Source: Schmidtea polychroa
Lineage: Eukaryota
Length of the DNA: 64,000 bases
Assembly: GCA_044892525.1 (NCBI GenBank)
Contig: CM097886.1
Span: forward strand, 142,104,001-142,168,000
Reading direction: 5' to 3'
Under the pieces are notes generated by a model. It was not told where the DNA came from. It did not search any database and was given only the letters and a program-made list of their open reading frames with translations. Positions 42,451-54,124 of the stretch are shown piece by piece (the stretch's first letter is position 1; every line of letters begins with the position of its first letter). The translations under genes were made by a program, and so were the position numbers.

Positions 42451-44111
42451 AATTAAATTTTATTGATTATTGTTTCTATTATTGATTACGTGCGCTTTAA
42501 GGGAGAGAGTATTTGGATTTGCATATTGGGAGAAGAGAAGAGCATGACAAAATGTGTACGTATGCAATGCATGAAAGCATTTTAAATTCTGACAGTTCAT
42601 AAATAGCCATATATGGATGGGTTATAGTTAATTCAGTTTAGTAATTCACATATTGCTACTATCAGAAATAGATCCATTACTATAGTCAGAACTTAAAGAC
42701 CTAATTCATGTCCGGTTGATCATTTCCGTGTAGTCTAAACTAGTATAAGTGTCTTTCTTAATTTTTCGATTTCATGTAGTATTATTCTGCTTTGATTTTT
42801 AAATATTTTACAAATCAACTTTTGTCTTTCTTTAGTGAGCAAACATCATATAAAAAAAATAAAAACATAGGCGAAATAGTGCAATTAATGTCTTCTAAAA
42901 TTTAGCCGCTAAATGAACTTTGCAAATATTTGTTAGTTGGAGAACTCATTTGTACATACGCGTAGAGTAGGGGCCCAAAATGTACGGGGTGCGACAAGGT
43001 GAGGTTGAATATGAAAATATGACTTTTTATGTATCTAATACATCGATGGCCTCTTATGAAAAATCGAAAGCTTAAATTTTTATCACATGAAATGAATCTT
43101 ATATTAAATAAAAATTAAATAAAAAATTAAATAAAAATAATTAAAACAGGTTTGAAAATTGTAAAATGTACATTAATTAAAAGACAGTGTATAATAGCTC
43201 TTCAAATAACGCCTACAATTATTTGTAACTGTGTAAACTTTTATTTCTGGACTTATGTCAACAGTAAATACTGATATGAGCGAAAAATTTCACTGTTTTG
43301 GTTATTAATTGGATTGAATGTAAAAGGTTAGGAGAAAAGCGGGAGTTACATAGAAATGTCATCGTTGGAATGCCAAATTTTGCGATTGATAAAGTATTGT
43401 TTGTAATTAACCAAGGCCTCCTTAATTGGTTTAAATTATGTTAGAGAATAGAGAAATGAAATTTAAATAAAGAATTAAGTAAATTTCAATCATAATTAAT
43501 TAAAATTTAAAAGATGCACAGTAATTATTATTTTTCAGATGGAAGAGTTAGGAGTAAACTATAAATAAATAGGAGTAAATAAACTATAAATAGGAGTAAA
43601 CAGTAAATAATTTAACTTTGATTTGACAAAGGACCTTAGAAAATGTAATTGTAAAATGCAAAGCAATGAAATAAAATATTGCTAACGACAATCACTTGTT
43701 CACGAAAACAAAATCGTCAAGCCAAATTGCGATATTGGAATAGAGATTTGGGTAAAGATTGTTGATCTGATTGACAGAATCCGCGTGATTTATGTGAATA
43801 CAAAAATTATAAAAAACCCCAATCTTGAAAGAACAGTCAAACAAATTTACTATATAACATTAGAAAATGAGAATTCTAAATTTGACAAATTTCAATTAAT
43901 CAAAAATAATATTCTCTATTTGTGATGACAGCTTGTCATTCGATTGCCCAATGTGTCATGGAATTCATTCTAAAAATGAAAGGAAAATGTTACAATAAAA
44001 TAGGACTCAAAAATCGTTAAAAATAGTGCAAAATAAATATAATTAACCAAAATTAAAGTCATCACTTAAAATTATTTATTTTACAATGATGTTAAACAAA
44101 AGTAAAAAGAA

Positions 44112-46592
44112 TCAGCTTTGACACTGTTCCCCTTTCAACTGCTCCTTAAGCTTCATCAATTCTGCATATCTTATCTGTAGCTGATTCTCTCGAACCTTTT
44201 GCCGATCAACATCCAATTCCAGCGCTTCAATCCGATTGACAATAGCTCTCTGTTCTTGCTCCCTGATCTTATTCAGTGAGCAAAGCTCGATTTCATTGCG
44301 CTCGATGTGGTCATAAACGTCCGTCACAGCCTTCTGCAGCAGCTTAGATCGGGCCATGTATCCCCCGAACAGAGTCGTCAGTTTGTCTTCTTTCTTTTTC
44401 GTCTTCTTCGTCATCTCGATATACTGAGTCGTATACAAATCCAACAGATGCTTATAGGATTCGATCCGATCCTTCCTACTGACGAGATTAGCCCTCGTGT
44501 ACCGCTTTTCACTGGGGAAATAGAGAACCTGTGCCCTGCACTCCTCCCAGACCTTTGTAAATGTTTCCTCGTTAACGTCTCCGTGTCCCATTTCTTTCTT
44601 TATCAACTCCATTTCACTTTTTAATAGTGCTTCGACATTTTTCAACTCTTCTTCACTGAATTCTTCGAAATGATTCGAGTCCAGGAATCTGTTGCTGTCG
44701 GCTATTGATTGCTCCATAAGTTTCCGACGTTCCCCGGTCGACATTGCCGTGTATTTGCCGGTTGTTGGGATATCGATCGGGTTGAGAATATTGTCCTTGT
44801 GCATCATTTTGATCATTTCCAATTTCACCAATTCGTCCGCTCGTTGCGAGTCCGTCAATGGCGGGTCACCTTGTTGCGGGGGCGGTCGTAAGATTGAGTG
44901 ATTGATTTCCGTCGGTCTCGGTAGGTTTCGTTTGATGACTTGGCTTCGTTTCTCCCACAGCGCCGCTTCCAATTTCTTTCGTTCACTTTCTTTCATTCTA
45001 TCGATATCGTCTTGATCCATTATTTCGCCGGATGTGCCGAATTTTTCAGAATTTTGAGTTTCCATTCGCTCATCAGCGGGTTTTGATTGTTCATTTATCG
45101 ATTTGGGATCTTTGTTCGGTATTGGCATTTGACTGAGATTCTCTTGTGTGAGTTTTTTCTTGTGCACAGAGTTGAATTTGGCCCCATCTCTGCCTAAACT
45201 GAGATTTGGCGTGTTGAAATTTGATTGGCCACCTGGAGTGCCGAAATTTGATTGTTCGCCAGGATATCCGAGTAAATTTCTTCTCAATGACGTGTTTGGA
45301 GTTTCTCCGGCTTGCAATTGATTTCTGTCCACAGAATTCAAGTCGTATAATTCTGGATTGTTTCCTCCTAGCAATGGGGTCTTAGTGTAATGCAATGAAC
45401 GAATATTTTCAACTTGCATTGCCAGTCGATTTGTAGATGCCATTGGAGTTTTATCCGGTATTATCGTGCTGGCTTTCTCTCGTTCCGACATATAACCACC
45501 CAGCAAATGCGATGTAGATACTAAACCTTCAGTGACCGCTGCATGAAGAGTTGCATGAAGAGTTGCATCGTTCTCGTGGCTCATTTTTAAAATCGTATGC
45601 ATTTCTTCTTCGCTGATTTTCGGTTCTGATAACACAAGTTTGCTACGCTTGATTTGATTATCCTTCATTCCTTTATGGATTTCACCGGGAAGGTTTTCTT
45701 CTTCTTTCTTTCTCTTTAAATCAATATCTTTTTTCCTTTCTCTTTTTTCACGTTCTTCTCTCGTTTCAAATTCTAATTCACAGACTCGTTTTCCAATAAC
45801 ACTGTCGGTTGTTTCGTATTTTTCTTGGCTTGTGTCGTGAAATCCTTTGGGAATTGGTTGATAAAATGGAATTTCTTCACTGTAATTTACACCAGCGCGT
45901 TTTTTGTTACTTATACTTCTGCCAATAATACCAACCTCAGCTAATTCTCTTTTCTGTTGAACAGCGGCTAATCTTCTTGCCATTATTAATTGTCTTTCTC
46001 TACCTTTTCGTTTAGCTTTCTTTCCTTGGGTATTGGCAAGTCTAGCTCGAGCTTCGTTTAACATATCAATTTCATCTTCAGCCATATCAATTGGATCAGG
46101 TTTGGCTGGTCTGCTTTCTGGTCGCAAATCATTATCATCTGCTCTTAAAGTGTCAAACTCGCCAACTCCTTCTTTAGCAGATCTTGTAATGTCAATCAAA
46201 TGAGAATATTGCTGGACACATTGAGCAGCAGTTCTACCTATTATATCCGAAATTGTTCTCCATTGAGTTGGTAAAACTTTTCCCAAATGTAGAAGTTTCT
46301 CATTTTCTTCTTGAGTCCACTCTGTCTTTTTCACTGTTGGCGAAAGCCACTCATACCAACGAGCTTTACATTGCTTATCTGACTTTCTATGAAGAAGAGA
46401 TGCAACTCTGGCCCATTGATTAGTTCCATATTTCATAATAGCAGCTTTCAAAACTTCATCCTAAAACATTTAATAAAGGATTAATTAGTAAAGTTATTAA
46501 TTGAAATAAATATATGAATAGAAATTTATTATTAAAATTTTATATATTACCTCTACATTAGTCCATACACCACCTTTTAATAAACGACCCAT
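44112..46592 (-). CDS. CDC5L: Cell division cycle 5-like pre-mRNA splicing factor (Myb repeats), 2 exons
   Basis: Exon 1 46592-46551 (MGRLLKGGVWTNVE), 90-nt GT-AG intron 46550-46461, exon 2 46460-44112 (DEVLKAAIMKYGTNQWARVASLL...KQCKARWYEWL...RARLANTQGKKAKRK...). Uninterrupted to TGA. Confidence 0.97.
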
Positions 46593-48906
46593 TTGAATAA
46601 AAATTGACTACAATTTCTTAATCAATTGCTAAACAAATAGAATTTAAAATATCTACTTTACCAAGATTATTTAAACAAGTTTAATAAAATTATATATCTT
46701 TATAAATAGATTGATTAACTAAAGTCATAAATTATGTGAGTCAAGGACATAGTTGATAAATTGAATGCTATATTTTTGATTAAATTTATATTTTATAATA
46801 TATTTAATTTGTGTTTTTAATGAATGGAAACTTGGATTTTTCATGAATCTTTTTATTTATTGTTCATATTCACATTACGCCAAACAGCAATTGATAAGTG
46901 TATTTAGGACATAATTAGTACTGAAAGTTTACCATTGACTAGGTCTACTGACATTGATAATGAATTACTAAAAATATATTAATAACTGAGTAAGACACTG
47001 AGTAATATATTTTCGTTTATTTATTTTTTGATCACGCTTTTATTGTTAATGGTGTACCAGAAAAATCTGTTTTTCTTTAAAAAGACCTACCTTAACTCGT
47101 TCATGTTAAATGTCGATAAAAGTTACGTTTTCTTGACAATATTGGTAAAAATTGTGATGAAATGAAATAAAATCTATTGTGTTACGTGTCATTGTTTTAA
47201 TTCAACTAAAGAACAAGTGGAGTCAAAGTGTGGTACAGACTTTATAGTAATAGACTAACATATTTGTGTTTGTTAAAAATTATTAAGCAAAATTGGAAGT
47301 AATAAAATTAGTTAGAAAATGATCCAAATAATTTTTATTGACAAGAGTGCTTATTAGATTTTTAAATAAATATTTTACCTTTATTTTGTATAATTCCAAG
47401 ATAAATCTAAAATTTATTTTTATTAAATTAAAAGTCTTAAAACCAAGTACGTAGCTAGCGTGGGCATAGGGAACATTTGCCCCTTCCCCAAATAAATTTC
47501 AGATCATCAAATATAAATAAACTTTAACTTAAGTCAAATTTTAACATTACTCGATGATTTGCAATAATTAATAATTTTGCCCCCTCCCCAAAGTTGAAAT
47601 CCTGATTACGTCCTTGCTTAAAACTAATCATGAAATCACTTTTAAGATACATTTAAAATAAGTTATTACAGTAAAAACTTATTACAAAAAAATTTCCCAT
47701 CAAAACTCTAAAAGAAATAAAATCACAGGAAAATTAAAAGTTTATGTTAGGTGTATAGTAGAAAATGTATCTTACTACGTTACATATCTTTCATTCCCAC
47801 AACATCAAAAGGAATCATCACTTGTAGTCATCATCACAAACACCGCTGGTCTTGTGTCGTAGTGGGTGGCTGTCAGAAAAATATGAGCCTTATTTCTAAG
47901 ACTGCTAATGTCCTGTTAAGTTGGTTTCATGGGTTTACTGTAGAAAGTGTAGTGCCATAAATTATTACGCCTTGTATTATGCAACCCAAAAATCTACCAA
48001 TATCAAATATGACTAAATAATTGACAATGATAACGAAATAAGAAATTAACAGTTAAATAAAAAAACTAGAGACAAAATTAGTTAAACTGTTTGGTCTTAA
48101 CTTATTGCTTTTATAATTTGACCCAAAGTTTAGTTCTATTTTAATTACCTCGTGTGATGTCGCTCGGCTTTCCTCGGCCTTAATTTCAAATGAGATTTCC
48201 TGTCGGTAGTCAGAGTTGAAGTTGGTTCAGTCAGGTCTGGGAGCGGAAAATAATTCTTGTTTCTACTACGATGAACTAGATTGAAGTTCTTTATAAATAT
48301 GTTGATTGATTAGATGTTTCAAAATTGATTCAAATAACAATGCGATTTACCATTTGGACTAAAACTATATAAATCATCCTTCTATATAAAGTTGAATTAT
48401 TAGCATTGTATTGGTACGGAATAAATCTTAGGAGTATTCCTATGTAAGGTATGTTTGCTAGGTTTTAATAATTCTATGACAAGTCAACACATTAGGAATA
48501 AACAGAAGATAATTCAACACACTAATAACTCAGCACCCTGTTTAATTTACAAAATCGTTATTACACCTAACTTTAATCTTAAAAAATCAATAAATATATA
48601 TATATATATATATATTTTAGGAACACACAAACTTACCTGTGTGTAAAAATTTAATGCTGCGAAAGTTAACATATTTATTATAGGAATCTAAAAAGTGAGA
48701 GAAAATAATTAAGCATACAAACACAGCACACACAATGAAAAATACATACAAAATTAATAAAGTGTTTTTTTTTGCGAAATTAACATTGATTAACATATAA
48801 TTAACATATAAATATTTTCAAATTATTTAAAAAGTTATGCACAAAAAAACTTTTGAATCAGATTCCGACTGCTCTACCTTGAGCTTTAGAGAAAAAGAAG
48901 AAAATA

Positions 48907-49158
48907 AGTAGTGTGTATATATACCCAACCCAAACAGCCCTCCCAACAAAAACATACCTCCATTACGCTTAAACCATTAGAAAAACAACATGAAACCTAT
49001 GTTTTTATAGTATTTTAACCCCATATTTTAAACAACAACCACCCTTAATCTTTAAAGCCTCAAACTCAAAAGCTTCAAACTAAAAAGAGAATAGAAAAGA
49101 AAATGGCATTATGAAAAAGTTAGAGGGCTATTTGGGATAGGGCTATATACACACTACT
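48907..49158. mobile_element. 252-bp element bounded by imperfect ~37-bp inverted repeats starting AGTAGT
   Basis: Left arm AGTAGTGTGTATATATACCCAACCCAAACAGCCCTC; reverse complement of right arm AGTAGTGTGTATATAGCCCTATCCCAAATAGCCCTC. The first 15 bp are identical. No 6-bp TSD (AAAATA vs GATCGT). Confidence 0.7.
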
Positions 49159-49240
49159 GATCGTAATCAAACTCCGGAGTTGATCTTTATCAGATTATTG
49201 ATTTTAAATTATATAAATTAAAAAATAAATGAAAAATAGT

Positions 49241-49297
49241 AAAACTGCTCTGAGGGGACAGTGGTATTTTTTTTTTCACTGTCCCCTCAACAGTTTT
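49241..49297. other. Strong hairpin followed by a T-run
   Basis: TGAGGGGACAGTG (49251-49263) pairs with CACTGTCCCCTCA (49277-49289); extended by AAAACTG/CAGTTTT. Confidence 0.8.
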
Positions 49298-49606
49298 TTT
49301 TGATCCGGATCATTTCAACCTCTTTCGTTTATCAAATCTCTTCTAATATACAAGCTGGCCATACTCATACATCAGAATCAATCCGATAATAGCAGCACAC
49401 CTTATTATTCGCTTCTCGCTCGAATACGATTTCATCGGCGTTTTAAGCGTGCTGCTCGAAAGTACAAATGAATTCGAAAGTGAATTCGAAAGAGGTCCGA
49501 AAACAACTGAGAAATAAATGTGCACATTAAAGAATCGATCCGGGGGTGTTCGAAAGACAGGTGGCGATAATTACCGGTTCGCCACCATCACCCGTTTCAA
49601 TAATTT

Positions 49607-49736
49607 NNNNNNNNNNNNNNNNNNNNNNNNNNNNNNNNNNNNNNNNNNNNNNNNNNNNNNNNNNNNNNNNNNNNNNNNNNNNNNNNNNNNNNNNNNNNNN
49701 NNNNNNNNNNNNNNNNNNNNNNNNNNNNNNNNNNNN
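49607..49736. other. Assembly gap (N run)
   Basis: Run of N. Confidence 1.
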
Positions 49737-49790
49737 AAATCTAAGATACCCACACTATTATTTTCAAATTTTTAATATTATTTTATGTTG

Positions 49791-49872
49791 AAAAAAAACT
49801 AACCACAGTTAGGATTTGAACCGCTATCCATCTGAACCACGGTGCCAGTCTAGCCCACTGCGCTATCTAGGA
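49791..49872 (-). ncRNA. tRNA-like Pol III unit 1
   Basis: A box TAGCGCAGTGG, B box GGTTCAAATCC, then GGTTAG and T8. The cloverleaf pairs poorly. Confidence 0.55.
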
Positions 49873-50119
49873 TTGGATTTTTGTCATTTTTTATACTATA
49901 AATAATCGATTCAAGTTCTTTAACTCTTTCCTGTAATTGTTTCATTTTCTTCAATCTTATATCAGCAACATCTACAGCCTTCATATAAAAATGTCGATAC
50001 TTTTCATTATCTACCATCAACTCTTTGATGTATTCTAATGGTTCTTCTTCTCTTCTTTTTATTCTCTTATGTTTAACTTCATTCAATTCATTTCTCATTC
50101 TTTCTTTTAACTCATCCAT
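49850..50119 (-). CDS. 89-aa charged coiled-coil protein, probably element-encoded, function unknown
   Basis: Clean ORF with ATG in TATAAAAATG context. Its last codons overlap the A box of unit 1. Confidence 0.5.
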   Translation of the reverse strand: MDELKERMRNELNEVKHKRIKRREEEPLEYIKELMVDNEKYRHFYMKAVDVADIRLKKMKQLQERVKELESIIYSIKNDKNPILDSAVG

Positions 50120-50275
50120 TTTTATAAATATTTTTTTTATTGGATATATTAATTTTTGCTGGTTAAAACGTTTTTGATCTTAAATTTCCAAGAGTTGCCG
50201 TTGACCAATCACCTTAAAAATTTGTACAAGTACTAAATCGAGTATGCTGATCAATATTTCGTTAAAAAAAATTTG

Positions 50276-50351
50276 AAAAAAAATGACCGAAATGGGATTT
50301 GAACCCATTGGTATTGGCAATGCAGTCGAGTGCTATTAGAGCTATACTCAA
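50276..50351 (-). ncRNA. tRNA-like Pol III unit 2
   Basis: TAGCTC start of A box; perfect T-arm ATGGG-TTCAAAT-CCCAT; then TTCGGTCA and T8. Confidence 0.6.
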
Positions 50352-50504
50352 TATAAAATAAGTTGTTAATGTGTTACTATTTATTGATGAAATTAATAAT
50401 TAATTATTCATTTTCTCGACAACTACCACTCAGATCCATCTGAAAATTTAAATATATACTAAAATCAGTACGCTGAATCAGATTCCGTTGAAAAATAAAT
50501 ATCG

Positions 50505-50586
50505 AAAAAAATTGACCAAAATCGAAAATTAAACCCGGTACTCCCGGTGATAAAATTGAAGCCTATTCCCACTCCGCTATATTGGC
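50505..50586 (-). ncRNA. tRNA-like Pol III unit 3
   Basis: A box TAGCGGAGTGG. Acceptor-like stem GCCAATA/TTTTGGT pairs 6/7 including G-T. Degenerate B box GGGTTTAATTT, then GGTCAA and T7. Confidence 0.5.
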
Positions 50587-50642
50587 TTACATAATGTATT
50601 TAATTAATCCTATTTTGTGTGTGTAAATTTTAATATATAAAA

Positions 50643-51929
50643 ATGAATAATATAAAAATTCAAGAAAAAAATAAATTAAATCTTGATTATAATAAAGAAT
50701 TTACTCATGAAATCAAGAAAAACGATGTACTTAAAATCTCCCCAACTTCAGGATCTATTGCAAACTTAAATCGTAGGGGTGATATAGTTTTTCAATCTCT
50801 TCAAACATCAAACCCTATAGATATTTGTAATGCCAAATTATATTATAAAATCGAATTAGAAATTGAAGCAAACAAAGATATAACCCTAGAAAATAATTTC
50901 TTTCCAAATTTATTCTCCAACATGAGATTAAAACTAGGATCATCAGAAATTGAAACTGTTTTACATCCAGGAGTATATTCTACAATGTTAAATTTTATTT
51001 TAACTGGTTGTGATTATAAAAACGAATATGGTGAATTAACAGGCTGGATTCCTGATGTTAATAAAGGAGATTTAGATAAAGATGGTTTAGATATAAATTA
51101 TGGTTACTATAAAAGAGCTGAACTTTATAAATCTAAAAAATTTGAAGGTTATTTTGAATTAAAACACTTATTTGGATTCATTCAAAACTATAACCGTATA
51201 CTTCATAATGTTTTTATAGAATTCATCTGTAATAGAGTAGAAGGTGATAAAAGATTGTTCTATGGAGCTGCAGATACAACAGCTAAATTAAAAATATCAA
51301 CACTTGAATTGCATATACCTGAATGAACATAAAATCCACATTCTGAAATCAAACTCCTTGAAAGATTAAATTCCAACAAGTCTATAAATGTAAATTATTT
51401 AAATAGAATCTGTAGTGAATTTAGTATGACAGAGGGTTCAACATATTCTATAAAGGTAGCAAATTTAGCATACCGACCAAGATATATCTTGATTGGATTC
51501 AAAGAAGTAGATTCATCTTTCCAAAAAAATAACAACTTGTTTATTCAAAAGATTGGGGTTGATAATTTAAAAACAATCCAAATTCAATTAAATAGTTCTT
51601 ATTATCCAATAAATAGAATGGAATTTAATATTGAAAATAATGAAAACATATTCCCATATCTAAATTATATTGAAACATGTTATGATTTCAAAGTTGAACC
51701 GCAATTAAGTTTAGAAGATTTCAAAAACTTATATTCTATATTTTGTATAAATGTTTCAGACCAAGATGATCGCCTAGCCATAAATAATGTTGATGTTACA
51801 CTTCATGTAACAAAGGATTCTAATTTTAAAGCTAAAGTATATACATTAATATTAGAAGAAAAGAAAATAGAAATGAAATTATATGGTGGAAAGATTTCAA
51901 TAATCGAAAATGTTAGGGGAGATTCTTAA
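50643..51929 (+). pseudogene. Polinton major capsid protein (double jelly-roll), two in-frame stops
   Basis: ORFs 50643..51326 and 51426..51929 share one frame and are separated only by TGA (51324) and TAA (51330). Motifs LENNFFPNLFSNMRLKLG and RPRYILIGF fit recalled Polinton MCP patterns. Confidence 0.8.
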
Positions 51930-51946
51930 TATTTTAACATTTTAAA

Positions 51947-53300
51947 ATGTCTCTCTATTGGAGATGTGAAAGTTGTAATTGTCAAGTTACAAGACATCAT
52001 AAAGCAAGTCATCTAAAAACTAAAAAACATATAGGAGGCGACCTACAATCTTCAAAAGTGACATCTTCAATATTAAAACCTTTTACTACAGAAAAATATC
52101 CAGGTGAAAGACATTTATTTAAACACAACTATACCGGACCAGGAACAAGATTGGATATTAGATTAGATGAAAATAATAATCCCAAACAAGGAGAAGAACC
52201 AATAAATAGAATCGACCAAGCAGCTTTAAAACATGATATTGCTTACAATTCAGAAGATCTTAGAATAGACATGTTGCAGATGTGAATTTAATACATGATT
52301 TAAATAATATACAAAATCCATCAACCCAAGAAAAGATTCAAAGAGCTCTAGTTAAATTAGCAATGAAAGGTAAGATTTTCATAGGTGCTAGTTTACCAAG
52401 GATGGCAAAAGATGTTGCTAATAAAAAGATTATTGAACAAGCAGATGCTGAAAGATCCCTCGAGAATATATCCAAGACTAGTTTATTAACCCCAACAGAA
52501 TCACAAATAAAATATGCCAACGAATTACACCATGAATTTAGAAAAAATAAAAAATATTTAAAAGTTCAAGTACATGAAAAAGATCAAACATGGTCTGCAG
52601 ATTTAGTCTTTATGCCAACCAAATCATCAGACCCTGAAAAATATAAAATAATTTTAACTGTAATAGATTTATATACAAGATTTGCTTTGCAAGGTGTTTA
52701 GAAAATAAAACAGGATATTCCATTACAGAAGCATTTGAAAATATATTTGAAGAACATCAAAGAATTCCAAAATATTTATGGAGTGATAAAGGAACAGAAT
52801 TTTATAACAAAGTTTTTACAAAGTTTTTAAATGAAAATGATATTAAATTATATTCAACAGAAAACGAAGGAAAAGCAGTTGTGGTTGAAAGATTAAATAG
52901 AACATTAAAAAATAAAATGTGGAAATATTTTACGGCTATTGGAAAACAAAAATGGAACAATGAATTGTTACAAAAGATTGTAAATGAATATAATAATGAT
53001 GTACATAGTTCTATAAAATCAACACCTTTAAATGCTTCCATAAATCCTGAAACCATTAAAGTGGTAAATATTGAAAATGATGTTATTGAAAAACCAAAGT
53101 TTAAAATTGGTGACCGAGTAAGAATATTTAAATATAAAAATAAATTTGAAAAAGGATTCACAGCAAAATGGACAAATGAAATTTTTATTATAAATAAAAT
53201 AAATTATACAACTCCAATAACATATAGCATCATTGATTTAAATAATGAAAAAATATTAGGTAGATTTTATAATAATGAGTTACAGAAAACAGATTTCTAA
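51947..53300 (+). pseudogene. Zn-finger / parvovirus-type PLA2 / retroviral-type integrase fusion, two single-base frameshifts
   Basis: CESC..H....H finger; NYTGPGT and KHDIAY (PLA2); after the first shift RHVADVNL continues in one frame into WSADLV. After the second shift come LENKTG, WSDKGTEF and VERLNRTLK (DDE), then KFKIGDRVRI and WTNEIF. Confidence 0.88.
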
Positions 53301-54105
53301 AATAAACTTTTCCATATTTCAGCTTCTTCTCTATCCAAATAAATATAATTATATTTTTCTCTCCAATGATTATCAACAAACATATCAAACATATTCTTAT
53401 CAGGTTCAACATTTGAAAATAAATCATTATAAATCATATTCTTATCACGGCGATCTAATTTAAAAAATATAAAACAATTAGAATTATTTCTTATAGAGTT
53501 TTTATCTAAAGCATAATAAGTTTGAGATATATAAATAACATTACAATTATTATGTCTTCCTCTTGTAAAGTAACTCTTTTGAATCTCTTGATTTTTCATG
53601 TTAACAACATCATCAAATATAACTAGATTCTTTTTATCTTTAGGAAGTAAATCACAATGTAAAACATCTTTAGGTTTATTAGAGAATAAAACTTGAATCG
53701 CCTCTGCCTGCCCCTCATCTTCACAGATGTAATCATTTTTATTACTAATATCTGATTCTAAAATCTTTTCCTTATACCAATCAACCATATCACAAGGTTG
53801 AAAAACTTCTTCAGGACATCTATGTTGATTTTTAAAAATATCAATTATAGCTTTTTTAGTTAATTTATTTTCAAATCCACATTTCAAAAGTTGTAATTCT
53901 GGTTGAGTTATGGTTGTAGAATAAAAGATTAAATTATTATAATCTAAAAAACCATCTTCAAGTAACATTTTCAAAACAAGTAAATTCTTTCCACATCCAG
54001 AAGAACCAACAATTAATAATCTAAAATTATCAGGAAATACTTTATTATTAAATTTAGATTTATGTCTATTTAAAATTGGTTTCCAAATTATTGGACTTCG
54101 TACAT
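53297..54105 (-). CDS. A32/FtsK-like genome packaging ATPase (probably frameshifted near start)
   Basis: LIVGSSGCGKN (Walker A, T/S replaced by N), LVIFDD (Walker B), FTRGRHNNCNVIYISQ. The likely ATG at 54105 is 1 nt out of frame. Confidence 0.9.
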
Positions 54106-54124
54106 CCGCTTTATTTATTATAAA

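Noticed and set aside
47760-48640. Possible spliced minus-strand gene upstream of CDC5L (donor-like sites near 48636 and 48147)
   Set aside because: I could not build a phase-consistent model or recognise a product.
49791-50586. Canonical functional tRNA genes
   Set aside because: Acceptor and anticodon stems pair poorly in units 1 and 2, and the B box is degenerate in unit 3, so they are reported as tRNA-like only.
51324-51332. Stop-codon reassignment or readthrough in the capsid gene
   Set aside because: TAA and TGA terminate neighbouring viral and host genes normally, and other genes of the element also carry lesions.
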